Below are positions 1 through 9,357 of a DNA stretch of 64,000 nucleotides, one piece after another. The first letter of the stretch is position 1. Every line of letters starts with the position of its first letter. A program made the position numbers and the translations under genes. The notes below the pieces were generated by a model that ran no database searches, had not been told where the DNA came from, and saw only the letters and a program-made list of their open reading frames with translations. The DNA comes from Aulosira sp. ZfuVER01 (GTDB taxonomy: Bacteria; Cyanobacteriota; Cyanobacteriia; Cyanobacteriales; Nostocaceae): contig JAVRCV020000031.1 in NCBI GenBank assembly GCA_034530615.2, positions 32,001 to 96,000 on the forward strand, in the 5' to 3' direction.

Positions 1-1979
1 GCATAGCTTCGGAGTTAGCTAAAATTCGCGATCGCCATAATCTGCTTGCTGAATTGGTCACAGAGCTAACTAGTCAATCCTATGCCGATAAACCTTTAGA
101 ATTAGCTGAATCTCAACAAGATTTTCGTGTGATTAATGCTTTTTCTAGAGATATTGAACTATATTTAAATGTATTAATTCAGAAGCTACAAAAGCAGGAT
201 GTTTTAGCAAAGCAAGAATTTGATAATTTCAAACAAAATACTCAACTAGCTAGACAAATTCTCATTGTATCTATGCTCTTGGTTTTTGTTGGCCAATTAT
301 TGTTGATTCTCCTACCAGTAATTCGCTCAATTCAACAGTTGCAACAAGGAGCAGCAATCATCGGCAAAGGAAATCTAGAATATCGTCTACATATTCAAAC
401 TAAAGATGAAATTGAACAACTAGCAGATGCATTTAACCAGATGGCTGGAACCTTAGCTGAATCCTATCGCTCGCTAGAGGCAAAAAAAGAACTTGCTGAC
501 CGAGCGAATCGTGCCAAAAGCGAATTCTTAGCTAATATGAGCCACGAATTGCGAACTCCACTCAATGGCATTTTAGGTTATGCTCAAATTCTCCAACGTG
601 ATAGAAGCTTAACTACAAAACAACAAGATGGCTTAAGAATTATTCATCAATGCGGTTCACATTTGCTAACACTAATTACTGATATTTTAGACTTATCTAA
701 AATTGAAGCGGCGAAAATGGAACTTTATAATCATGATTTCCATTTTCCCTCATTCCTCCAAAGCGTTGTAGAAATTTGTCGAATTCGTGCCGATCAAAAA
801 GGTATCTCATTTATTTATCAACCAACTTCAGATTTACCTGTTGGGATTTGTGCAGATGAAAAGCGATTGCGACAAGTATTAATCAATTTGTTAGGTAATG
901 CGATTAAGTTCACAGAAAAAGGCGGAATTAAGTTTAATGTTAGTTGTGTTGATGATAGCCAACAAATAACTAAGAGAATTCGCTTCCAAATTACTGATAC
1001 TGGAATTGGAATGAGCCAAGAACAGGTAGATAAAATATTTTTACCATTTGAGCAAGTTGGAGATACTAAAAAACAATCAGAAGGTACTGGGCTAGGTTTA
1101 GCTATTAGCCAAAAGATTATACGATTAATGGGCAGTAAAATTGAAGTCAAGAGTGAGTTAGGTCAAGGTAGTAACTTTTGGATTGACTTAGATTTACAAG
1201 AATCAGTTGACTGGATGCAATCAGCTAGAGTTGTAACTGGTGGAAAAATTGTTGGCATCGCCAATGGTAAACGCAGAATCTTAGTTGTTGATGATAAGTG
1301 GGAAAACCGTTCAGTCGTTATCAGTTTGCTAGAAGAAATTGGCTTTGTAATGTCAGAAGCAACTGACGGTCAAGAAGCATTAGAAAAAGCTCTGCAATTT
1401 TTGCCAGATTTAATAATTACTGACTTGACAATGCCTGTTATGGATGGCTTTGAACTAACACGTCGCCTCCGACAAATGCCAGAGTTTCAAGAATTAGTAA
1501 TTATTGTTTCATCTGCTAGCGTATTTGAATCTGACGAACACAAGAGTATAGGAGTTGGTGCAGATGACTTTCTGCCAAAACCTGTCAATGCTGATGATTT
1601 ACTAGTAATTTTACAGAAATATTTACAAATTGAATGGCTTTATGAAAGTGTCCCAGAAAAATTGGATAATGAAACACTCACAAATACCGCTCAAGAAAAT
1701 ATTTCTGTTGTCAGTGTTCCTCAAATTGACTGGATTTATGAATCAGCGCAAGAACCAAAAAATTCTGATTCAATAGTTATTCCACCTGAAACACTTGAGC
1801 AACTTTTGGAATTGACGATGAGGGGTAACATTAAAGCCATTCGAGAGCAAGCACAGCAGCTAAAAAATTTAGATGAAAAGTTTTTACCTTTTGCTGAAGA
1901 GTTACTACAACTAGCAAAAAGCTTTCAAATTGAAAAAATCAAGGAATTGATTCAGCTATATCGTAAAGGTGAACAATGA
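1..1979 (+). CDS. Hybrid sensor histidine kinase (TM-HAMP-HisKA-HATPase-REC), 5' end outside window
   Basis: Frame open from window start; H-box [15 protein letters not shown]-box [11 protein letters not shown]-boxes DTGIGM/GTGLGL, receiver [13 protein letters not shown]. Confidence 0.95.
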   Translation, partial: IASELAKIRDRHNLLAELVTELTSQSYADKPLELAESQQDFRVINAFSRDIELYLNVLIQKLQKQDVLAKQEFDNFKQNTQLARQILIVSMLLVFVGQLLLILLPVIRSIQQLQQGAAIIGKGNLEYRLHIQTKDEIEQLADAFNQMAGTLAESYRSLEAKKELADRANRAKSEFLANMSHELRTPLNGILGYAQILQRDRSLTTKQQDGLRIIHQCGSHLLTLITDILDLSKIEAAKMELYNHDFHFPSFLQSVVEICRIRADQKGISFIYQPTSDLPVGICADEKRLRQVLINLLGNAIKFTEKGGIKFNVSCVDDSQQITKRIRFQITDTGIGMSQEQVDKIFLPFEQVGDTKKQSEGTGLGLAISQKIIRLMGSKIEVKSELGQGSNFWIDLDLQESVDWMQSARVVTGGKIVGIANGKRRILVVDDKWENRSVVISLLEEIGFVMSEATDGQEALEKALQFLPDLIITDLTMPVMDGFELTRRLRQMPEFQELVIIVSSASVFESDEHKSIGVGADDFLPKPVNADDLLVILQKYLQIEWLYESVPEKLDNETLTNTAQENISVVSVPQIDWIYESAQEPKNSDSIVIPPETLEQLLELTMRGNIKAIREQAQQLKNLDEKFLPFAEELLQLAKSFQIEKIKELIQLYRKGEQ

Positions 1980-3361
1980 ATATACCTACTCTGGAAACAG
2001 GGGTAATTTTAATTGTGGATGATAACCCCAACAATTTAGAAGTACTCTCAGAAGCATTAATAGATACTGGTTCAGAGATATTAGTTGCTGTAAATGGTGA
2101 GGGTGCGATCGCTCAAGCTGAATATGCTTGCCCTGATATCATTTTATTAGATGTGATGATGCCAGGAATTGATGGATTTACTACTTGCGATCGCTTAAAA
2201 TCAAATCCTGTAACCGCTGATATCCCCATCATCTTTATGACAGCCCTCTCCGACACTGTTGATAAAGTTAAAGGATTCAGTTTGGGTGCAGTAGATTACA
2301 TTACTAAACCATTTGAGCAAGAAGAAGTACTAGCTCGTGTTAGAACTCATTTAAAAATCCGCAACCTCACCAAGCAGCAGCAAACTCAAAATCAGCAACT
2401 TAAACAAGAAGTAGCTGAACGTCTTGCAGTTGAAGCCAAATTACAAAAGCTGACTCAAGATTTAGAACAAAGAGTAGAAGAAAGAACATCTCAACTATCA
2501 CAAGCTTTGCATAATCTGCATCAAGCTCAAGTTAACTTGGTACAACGAGAAAAAATGTCTGCTCTTGGTGAATTGGTTGCTGGTATTGCCCATGAAATTA
2601 ATAATCCAGTCAACTTCATTTTAGGCAATCTTGGTCACGCCGCAGAATATACTCAAAGCTTTATTGATTTGCTCCGTCTCTATGAGAAATATTATCCTCA
2701 ACCAGAGGAAGAAATAGCTAACAAAATAGATGAAGTTGATATAGATTATTTGATATGCGACTTTCCAGAAATCATCTCATCTATGCATAAAGGCACAAAG
2801 CGGATGATACAGATGATTCATGCACTTAGGCACTTTTCCCGCCGGGATGATACGATTGTCCAACCTACAGATATACATGAAGGTATTGACTCTACATTAT
2901 TGATTCTGCAATATCGCCTGAAAGCTACTCCAGAACGCCCGGAAATCGAAGTGATTAAAGATTATGGAAATTTGCCCCTTGTTGAATGTTTTCCCGGCCC
3001 CCTGAATCAAGTTTTTATGAATCTTCTTGCTAATGCAATTGATGCAATCGAGGAGTTTATCAATAGTGATTTTTCTTTGGGAGAATACCAAGGACAGATT
3101 AAAATTCGGACTGATATCAAAGAACAAAGCTCAGGAGTAATAATTCAAATTGCCGACAATGGCATTGGTATGACAGAAGAAGTCAAACAGCGATTATCTG
3201 AACCGATGTTTACCACTAAACCTGTAGGTAAAGGAACAGGATTAGGGTTATCTATTAGTCGGCAAATTATTGAGGAAAAACATGGTGGAAGTATATGTTT
3301 CGTGTCTGAATTAAGGAAAGGTACAGAATTTTGGATTGAAATTCCTATTGTTATAAACTAA
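1976..3361 (+). CDS. Response regulator-histidine kinase (REC-coiled coil-HisKA-HATPase)
   Basis: REC ILIVDD...ILLDVMMPGIDG; H-box AHEINNP; GKGTGLGL; ATGA overlap with upstream kinase. Confidence 0.95.
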   Translation: MNIPTLETGVILIVDDNPNNLEVLSEALIDTGSEILVAVNGEGAIAQAEYACPDIILLDVMMPGIDGFTTCDRLKSNPVTADIPIIFMTALSDTVDKVKGFSLGAVDYITKPFEQEEVLARVRTHLKIRNLTKQQQTQNQQLKQEVAERLAVEAKLQKLTQDLEQRVEERTSQLSQALHNLHQAQVNLVQREKMSALGELVAGIAHEINNPVNFILGNLGHAAEYTQSFIDLLRLYEKYYPQPEEEIANKIDEVDIDYLICDFPEIISSMHKGTKRMIQMIHALRHFSRRDDTIVQPTDIHEGIDSTLLILQYRLKATPERPEIEVIKDYGNLPLVECFPGPLNQVFMNLLANAIDAIEEFINSDFSLGEYQGQIKIRTDIKEQSSGVIIQIADNGIGMTEEVKQRLSEPMFTTKPVGKGTGLGLSISRQIIEEKHGGSICFVSELRKGTEFWIEIPIVIN

Positions 3362-3569
3362 ATTATGAATTCTAAAAAAGTAACTATAGAAAAGCCTGTT
3401 CCTTATAGAGATTAGACAGAAAGTTACTAATGTGGGGAAACCATCATCAATTGATCAGGGTACTAATACTTACACCCATACTGATTATTAGTAAAAACAA
3501 ATGCCGAATAACAAAAACGCAAAATCCACCCTTAAAAGAAGTGGAATGAGCTTAAATTAATTGGCATAA

Positions 3570-3591
3570 AGGAGAGTAGTAATACTCTCCT
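3570..3591. terminator. Hairpin, probable terminator between convergent genes
   Basis: AGGAGAGTA-GTAA-TACTCTCCT inverted repeat. Confidence 0.55.
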
Positions 3592-3616
3592 AATAACCTT
3601 TGTGCAAATTCAAAGC

Positions 3617-3952
3617 TTAGTGGTGAAGGCGAGCTTGACGCTCACGCAATTCACGAGCTTGTTGTTCGCGGAGTTGACGTTCACGTAACTCACGAGCTTG
3701 TTTTTCACGGAGTTGACGCTCACGCAATTCACGAGCTTGTTGTTCGCGGAGTTGACGTTCACGTAATTCACGAGCTTGTTTTTCATGAAGTTGACGCTCA
3801 CGAAGTACGTTACTATGATTAACAGCCACAGTATTAGGATGAAAATTATCATGCTGATATTTAACTTCAGCAGCATTAGCATTTTGGGAAAGAGTAGCAG
3901 TTGAAGCAGCTGCTAATAAGCCTCCAAGAAGAATAGATTTAAAACGGTTCAT
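3617..3952 (-). CDS. Small secreted protein (111 aa) with Glu/Arg/Gln-rich 13-aa tandem repeats
   Basis: ATG at 3952 gives signal peptide MNRFKSILLGGLLAAASTATLSQNANA, followed by (RERQLRE[Q/K]QAREL)n. Confidence 0.8.
   Translation of the reverse strand: MNRFKSILLGGLLAAASTATLSQNANAAEVKYQHDNFHPNTVAVNHSNVLRERQLHEKQARELRERQLREQQARELRERQLREKQARELRERQLREQQARELRERQARLHH
3635..3802. repeat. 39-bp coding tandem repeat, about 4.3 copies, with a 78-bp A-B higher-order period
   Basis: Units start at 3635, 3674, 3713, 3752 and 3791; the A units at 3635 and 3713 are identical. Confidence 0.95.
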
Positions 3953-4171
3953 ATACTTTTTAATCTGCCTTACATTCCTGAATTTGGATATTCTTAATAT
4001 AGTCAGTATAATCAGGGTTACGCCTGTAACAAAAGTCATGTTTAAGATAGTTACTATTGTCACTAACAACATGGACTTCAGATAACTTATAGAAAATTCG
4101 TATGCTTGTGTGTGAAGCAAAATAGCCCAGAAGCAAGTCAAATTTAAGTAAGGCACTCGGTAATTAAAGTA

Positions 4172-4282
4172 GGGAGCATCCCACTTTTTTGAGTGGTGCT
4201 AAAGTACTAATTGTCAAACCATCCATTCTGCGGAGATTAAGTTTTTATTCTCTAGTCGCAAAATAAAAACTGGGATGCACCC
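4172..4282. mobile_element. MITE, 111 bp, with 18-bp terminal inverted repeats and 9-bp target-site duplication
   Basis: GGGAGCATCCCACTTTTT ... AAAAACTGGGATGCACCC flanked by ATTAAAGTA at 4163-4171 and 4283-4291. Confidence 0.85.
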
Positions 4283-4420
4283 ATTAAAGTATATTTTCGT
4301 CTTTCTGTCTTAGTGTCTCCTTGGTTTAAAAATAATTTCTCTACCGCAAAGACACTAAGAAAAATATATGTTTGAGGCTGACACCTAAAAGGGTTAGGTT
4401 AAGTTGAATTTTGCTTTTGG

Positions 4421-5041
4421 TTATGCTCCTTCAATAGCAGCAACAACACCAAAGATTAAAAACAAGCATCCACCAATCAAAGTCAGTTGACGTTCCGAGA
4501 TTTTACCAGCAATCATTTTGCCACCAATTACGGCGATCGCAGCACAAATGGCGTGTCCTAACACTGCACCTATAGTTACCCCAATGGGATTATATGAGGC
4601 GGCTAGAGCAATGGTAGCAATTTGCGTGCGATCGCCCCACTCTGCCATAAATGTTAGGACAAAGGCTTCGGTTAAAATTGTCAGTGGCGTTTTGCGTTTG
4701 GGTGATTCTAAATCTGCTTGCTTCACCGCAGCTTGAGCTTCTTCTACTACTTCTGTATCACAACTAGCGGGTGACATCTTACTAGCTTGATAGAGTAGCT
4801 TGATACCAAAGGCAATAAACAAAGCGATTTCGGCATAATGAATATAAACCTTGGGTAACAAAGACACTGTTTGTCCCAACATCACCGAAAGAATTGTCAT
4901 TGCAGCTAAAGCGGCTACCACCCCTGCGAATACCAACCGCCGCGAGTGGTGCATTGCTAAAATTACGGCGATAAAAAATGTTTTATCACCTAACTCTGAA
5001 ACTGTAATTAATAACAAACCTGCGGTAAAAGCTGTTAGCAC
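4421..5041 (-). CDS. UPF0016/TMEM165/GDT1 family Mn2+/Ca2+ transporter (Mnx-like)
   Basis: Two signature motifs SELGDKT and AEWGDRTQ; multiple TM helices; GTG start after AGGAG. Confidence 0.93.
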   Translation of the reverse strand: MLTAFTAGLLLITVSELGDKTFFIAVILAMHHSRRLVFAGVVAALAAMTILSVMLGQTVSLLPKVYIHYAEIALFIAFGIKLLYQASKMSPASCDTEVVEEAQAAVKQADLESPKRKTPLTILTEAFVLTFMAEWGDRTQIATIALAASYNPIGVTIGAVLGHAICAAIAVIGGKMIAGKISERQLTLIGGCLFLIFGVVAAIEGA

Positions 5042-5133
5042 TCTCTCAAGCTCCTGAAGAATCGTTGAACGATGTGAAGCCTGATGAAAGCACTAAACCC
5101 TCACCAAGCTCCACACATTTTTGTGTGAACTTA

Positions 5134-5245
5134 GTGAAGGTCTCGCTTCCAAATATTTTATATTTGTCATCTGAACCAGGCTCATCGCCAGTATGTTGAT
5201 TCAGATGTGCTGGCTTTTCATGACCAGCAGCTACTCCCCTTCTAT
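5134..5245 (-). ncRNA. yybP-ykoY manganese-sensing riboswitch
   Basis: Minus strand reads GAAGGGGAGUAGC ... UCAACAUAC ... GCGAGACCUUC; lies directly 5' of a UPF0016 Mn exporter. Confidence 0.88.
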
Positions 5246-5364
5246 GTAATCTGAATTGTATAGCTGTCTTAGTTACGAGTCAAGAAAATATGCGATCGCG
5301 ATTAATTGCAGCGATGTTTTGGATATAGAAACATAGATAAACAGCAATATTTACCTGTGGTTAT

Positions 5365-5871
5365 TTATTGTGATGAAAGTCGCCCGTGCAAAATTGGCAT
5401 AGTAAATAACCCCCATGCCAAACCCGTAATCAAGCCAAAAACGGTGACAACGTAATTATTAAAATTCCACAAATCAAAAACCTGGGCTGCTAATTCCAAA
5501 GGATAAGCCATCATCAGCACACTGGCTATGGCTACACCACTCCAGCCATACTGACTTAACCAGTAAAAACCTTTACCACCAGTCGCCCCACATAACAGGC
5601 GCGTAATGAACAAACCTGTGACAGTGCCGTAACAACGCATACATACAGCCATGATATGAGGTGATGCTAAATCTAACCCCATATCCGGTTGTGGACACAC
5701 ATGATTGCCCATGAAATAAATGATATTGGCAATCCCTGGCAGTAAGGATACCCCAGACGCAGCAAGAAAGGGAGCAGCTAGCGGGCCAATCACCATACCC
5801 GCTAACAAAAAATCAGCGATAAAACTTACCCAATTAACCTGCAACTCTCTGTTGAAAGCTACTCTTGCCAT
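5365..5871 (-). CDS. DUF2085 family membrane protein
   Basis: HVCPQP...MAVCMRCYG motif and hydrophobic helices. Confidence 0.75.
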   Translation of the reverse strand: MARVAFNRELQVNWVSFIADFLLAGMVIGPLAAPFLAASGVSLLPGIANIIYFMGNHVCPQPDMGLDLASPHIMAVCMRCYGTVTGLFITRLLCGATGGKGFYWLSQYGWSGVAIASVLMMAYPLELAAQVFDLWNFNNYVVTVFGLITGLAWGLFTMPILHGRLSSQ

Positions 5872-5900
5872 TCCCTTTCTTACCTTTGCGTCTATATTTC

Positions 5901-8012
5901 TTAACCTACCTTAGAAATGTATGGACTTGTCAACTTATCCAGCTGCTGTGTTAACAGACTGAGGAATAATCCCACATCTGTCACTACACCCACTGATTCT
6001 ATTGAACCGCGATCGCTTAACTTAGTCACTACGGCTGGATTAATATCCACACACACCATTTTCACGCCGGCGGGTGTCATATTCCCCACACCAATCGAGT
6101 GCAGCATACTAGACAGCATCAAAATCATTTCTGCACCTTCGAGGTTTTGGGCGTATTCCTGCTGTGCTTTAATCAAATCCATTTGGGTATCAGGTAAAGG
6201 CCCGTCATCTCGAATTGAACCTGCAAGTACAAACGGTACATTATTCTGCACACATTCATACATCACGCCACTCTTAATTACTCCCGCTTCTACAGCTTTG
6301 GCAATGCTGCCATAACGGCGAATGGTATTAATTACCTTCAGGTGATGGCGGTGTCCACCACGTACAGCCACACCCCGCTTCATGTCTACACCAAGGGATG
6401 TACCCATCATATTTTGCTCGATGTCATGGACAGCGATCGCATTTCCACCCAAAAGCGCTTGCACGTATCCTTCACGAATCAGCCGCGATAGATGTTCGCC
6501 GCCGCCAGTGTGAATGACTACAGGCCCAGCGGTGAAAACTACTTTACCACCAGCATCCCGAATTTTACGTAATTCCCAAGCTACCTGCTCAACAACTAAT
6601 TCCACGCGCCGTTCGCTGGAAACGCCACCAGACATAAAGCTGAACTCTTGAGCATTGCGCTGTTCCCGCGATTCTGTTTTGCGGATGGTGCGGATACCCA
6701 AAACATCAACAATTACCTGTTCGCCTACTTCTAAATCGCGTAATATTTTACACTTTGCTACCACACCATTGGGGGTTTGGGTAATGGCGATCGCGCCATC
6801 CATGCGCTGATTTTGGACTTTGATCCACTGACCCTTAATCCGGACTTCAGTAGGATAAATCGTACTCACATAAAAATCATCAGGAGCTACACCCGCTTGG
6901 ACAACAGGCTCTAGTTTGGCATCGCGCTCGTCTTGGGGCAAATCTACCGCACCCAAGTCAATCAGCAGCGAGATAATTTCTTCCATCACCTCGTGGGATG
7001 GTGCTGATACCTTGACTTCGGCGGCTGAAGTACTTTGGCGCTGTTCTCCCAAGTTGAAATTCAGTACTTGGAAACTTCCGCCTGTGTCTACAATCAAGTC
7101 CAAAGCGCGGTTAATTAAGCCAGAGTCAAGTAAATGTCCTTCCAAGCGAATGATGCGACTTTCTACCGAAACATTCGCATGAACTTCTTCTCTGACTGGT
7201 TCTGTCACCCGCAGGGTGAGACATTTGGCTGCACCACCAGCTTTGAGAAATTCTGTCAGTGGCGTTTCAATGATTTGGAAACCTACATCTGCAAGGCGTG
7301 ATTTCAATGCATCACTGGCCTTGTTCATGATCACGATGCTGTCCACATTCACCGCATTACAAGCAAAGTTCACCGCGTCGGCTTCTTCGATAGCGATGCG
7401 CTTTTCTGCTGCTACTCGCATTTCAATTAAGCGGTTGGAGTAGGAATCAAAAGCGCCTGGGTAATAGAGCAAATACCCATTAGCTAAGGGACAAAAGCAG
7501 GTATCTAAATGATAGAAGCGCTCATCAATAAGTCGTAAAGATAGTACTTCAATATCCAGCCACTTAGCTAAGTAGGGATGAGAATCTAATTCTGAACGGA
7601 AGCCATAACCTGACCATAACCAACGTCCTTCCCGGTCTAGCAGTGCGTCACCTGCGCCTTCAAAGGGCAAGTCTTTGGGGAGTACATGAACCGTGTAACC
7701 GTTGGCTTCAAACCATTTTTGGAAGTAAGGTTCTTCTCCCTGACGTTCTTTGTGCAAAAAGCGACTAAGAACTACTCGATCGCCCAACACCAAGCCAGCG
7801 TTGGCGGTAAACACCATATCAGGCCAACCTTTTTCGGGCGGTACTAAGTCTACAATGGCGTGGTCTTTGAGGACATGATAAAGTTTTTGCCACTGTTCAA
7901 CAGCGCGATCGCGGGATGATTTGTGAATATTCCCTTCCATCCAGGGATTAATCACATAGTCCACATCGTAGTGGTCAGGAGCACACATCAAAAAGCGAAT
8001 GGGGGAATTCAT
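5901..8012 (-). CDS. argZ: Arginine dihydrolase / ornithine cyclodeaminase fusion ArgZ (AgrE), TIGR00300 family
   Basis: N-terminal amidinotransferase fold (DMVFTANAG, FYHLDTC, GGAAKCLT) plus C-terminal LOR/SDH-like region; 703 aa. Confidence 0.92.
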   Translation of the reverse strand: MNSPIRFLMCAPDHYDVDYVINPWMEGNIHKSSRDRAVEQWQKLYHVLKDHAIVDLVPPEKGWPDMVFTANAGLVLGDRVVLSRFLHKERQGEEPYFQKWFEANGYTVHVLPKDLPFEGAGDALLDREGRWLWSGYGFRSELDSHPYLAKWLDIEVLSLRLIDERFYHLDTCFCPLANGYLLYYPGAFDSYSNRLIEMRVAAEKRIAIEEADAVNFACNAVNVDSIVIMNKASDALKSRLADVGFQIIETPLTEFLKAGGAAKCLTLRVTEPVREEVHANVSVESRIIRLEGHLLDSGLINRALDLIVDTGGSFQVLNFNLGEQRQSTSAAEVKVSAPSHEVMEEIISLLIDLGAVDLPQDERDAKLEPVVQAGVAPDDFYVSTIYPTEVRIKGQWIKVQNQRMDGAIAITQTPNGVVAKCKILRDLEVGEQVIVDVLGIRTIRKTESREQRNAQEFSFMSGGVSSERRVELVVEQVAWELRKIRDAGGKVVFTAGPVVIHTGGGEHLSRLIREGYVQALLGGNAIAVHDIEQNMMGTSLGVDMKRGVAVRGGHRHHLKVINTIRRYGSIAKAVEAGVIKSGVMYECVQNNVPFVLAGSIRDDGPLPDTQMDLIKAQQEYAQNLEGAEMILMLSSMLHSIGVGNMTPAGVKMVCVDINPAVVTKLSDRGSIESVGVVTDVGLFLSLLTQQLDKLTSPYISKVG

Positions 8013-8076
8013 AAAAATGTTACAAGCGTTGAAATGCTACAAGCTAATTTAGATACAGAGTATTGCTGTACCATTT

Positions 8077-8092
8077 TGTCAACTTTGCTACA
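8077..8092 (-). promoter_or_regulatory. Possible NtcA-like site upstream of argZ
   Basis: Minus strand TGTAGCAAAGTTGACA = GTA-N8-GAC, one mismatch to GTA-N8-TAC; no cleanly spaced -10 box seen. Confidence 0.35.
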
Positions 8093-8278
8093 AAATGTCT
8101 GTATTCTACTAGTTCAAGAGGTCACAAAAAATTGAATTTATTCTTAACGATCCAACCGGATCGAGTGCAGGAACAGCACATAAAGGTTAAGGCGTCAAAT
8201 CGCCAAAGGACTAATGGTACAAATCCGAAAGTTCAATTGTTGTGTAATTGTAGCGCTATTTGGTTCTAGGAAATTAAG

Positions 8279-8704
8279 ATGGCAAACCTAAAATTGACGG
8301 TGGAGGATCATCCTGAGCCAGAGGATATTCGTACTGTGATTGATCGGCTTGTTGAATATAACAGCGATCGCCAAAGTGAAAAAGACGTATATCAACCGCT
8401 AGCTGTGTTGATTCGAGACGATAATAACAAAATTGTCGCTGGTTTAGTTGGCAAAACTCAATGGGGATGGTTGTTTATCTCTCACCTGTGGGTTGCAGAA
8501 GCATTGCGGGGTCAAGGTTATGGTAAGCAACTCATGGCTAAAGCTGAAGCAGCAGCTAAACAACGCGGTTGTAGTTACGCTTACCTAGATACATTTAGCT
8601 TTCAATCTTTGGGTTTTTACGAACGCCTTGGCTATCAAATATTTGGCGTGCTGGAAAATTTCCCTCCAGGACATCAACGGTATTTTTTACAGAAAGAAAT
8701 TTAA
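8279..8704 (+). CDS. GNAT family N-acetyltransferase
   Basis: LWVAEALRGQGYGKQL acetyl-CoA motif; LDTFSFQ..GFYERLGY. Confidence 0.92.
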   Translation: MANLKLTVEDHPEPEDIRTVIDRLVEYNSDRQSEKDVYQPLAVLIRDDNNKIVAGLVGKTQWGWLFISHLWVAEALRGQGYGKQLMAKAEAAAKQRGCSYAYLDTFSFQSLGFYERLGYQIFGVLENFPPGHQRYFLQKEI

Positions 8705-8893
8705 CTGTTTGTAGCGAATCGCTATGATGTCCCTAGGATGCTGAAAATTATTTTTTAAAAAACTTTAACTGATACCAAGTTGAGAAATAATTACAGGAGT
8801 TGGATTCACACCACCCAGATGCAAAATCCAAAATCCAAAATCTAAAATTAGATGAGGGGGCGATCGCTTCTACCCCCTTTGGATACCGGCAAT

Positions 8894-9160
8894 TTAGGAA
8901 AATTCTAGATCTGGTTCTTCACAGAAGTTAAATAAGGCTGAATCCGTTTCTGATTCATCTTCAAAGACAGCAGAGATATACCATTCACAGGCTGAATCAT
9001 TAGTATACTCAGCCCAAGCAATTGTTACTGTTTCACATGAGGGAATTCCTTCCTCATCTAAAGTAAATTGAGACCACTCTTCATTATCTGGAGATGCCCA
9101 CAATTCTGTAATAGCCTGATCGGTATTATTGGTAACGGTAAAGGTGAATTGGTCTGACAT
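8894..9160 (-). CDS. Small, extremely acidic hypothetical protein (88 aa)
   Basis: Clean ORF with a downstream hairpin at about 8853-8880; 22 D/E and no K/R/H. Confidence 0.75.
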   Translation of the reverse strand: MSDQFTFTVTNNTDQAITELWASPDNEEWSQFTLDEEGIPSCETVTIAWAEYTNDSACEWYISAVFEDESETDSALFNFCEEPDLEFS

Positions 9161-9357
9161 GGATATTTTACCTGTGTATCGATAAGTATATTACACACGC
9201 TGCAAAATACATTCTGCATTCGTAAATATACTTAAGATATGGCTATACCAAAAAAATCTGCAATCAAGAGTGTGAGACTCTTTAAGGAAGTAATTTAGGT
9301 AAAGATAAAATATTGCATAATTTATTTTTTGGTATTATCTTAACCAATCGTTGTGTT

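Noticed and set aside
3635..3802. 39-bp repeats as a CRISPR array
   Set aside because: Units abut with no unique spacers, are a multiple of 3 and lie in frame in a signal-peptide ORF; no cas genes in the window.
3610..3882. Alternative-frame ORF with (NKLVNCVSVNS)n
   Set aside because: Stop-free only because of the repeat; the overlapping frame has a proper signal peptide.
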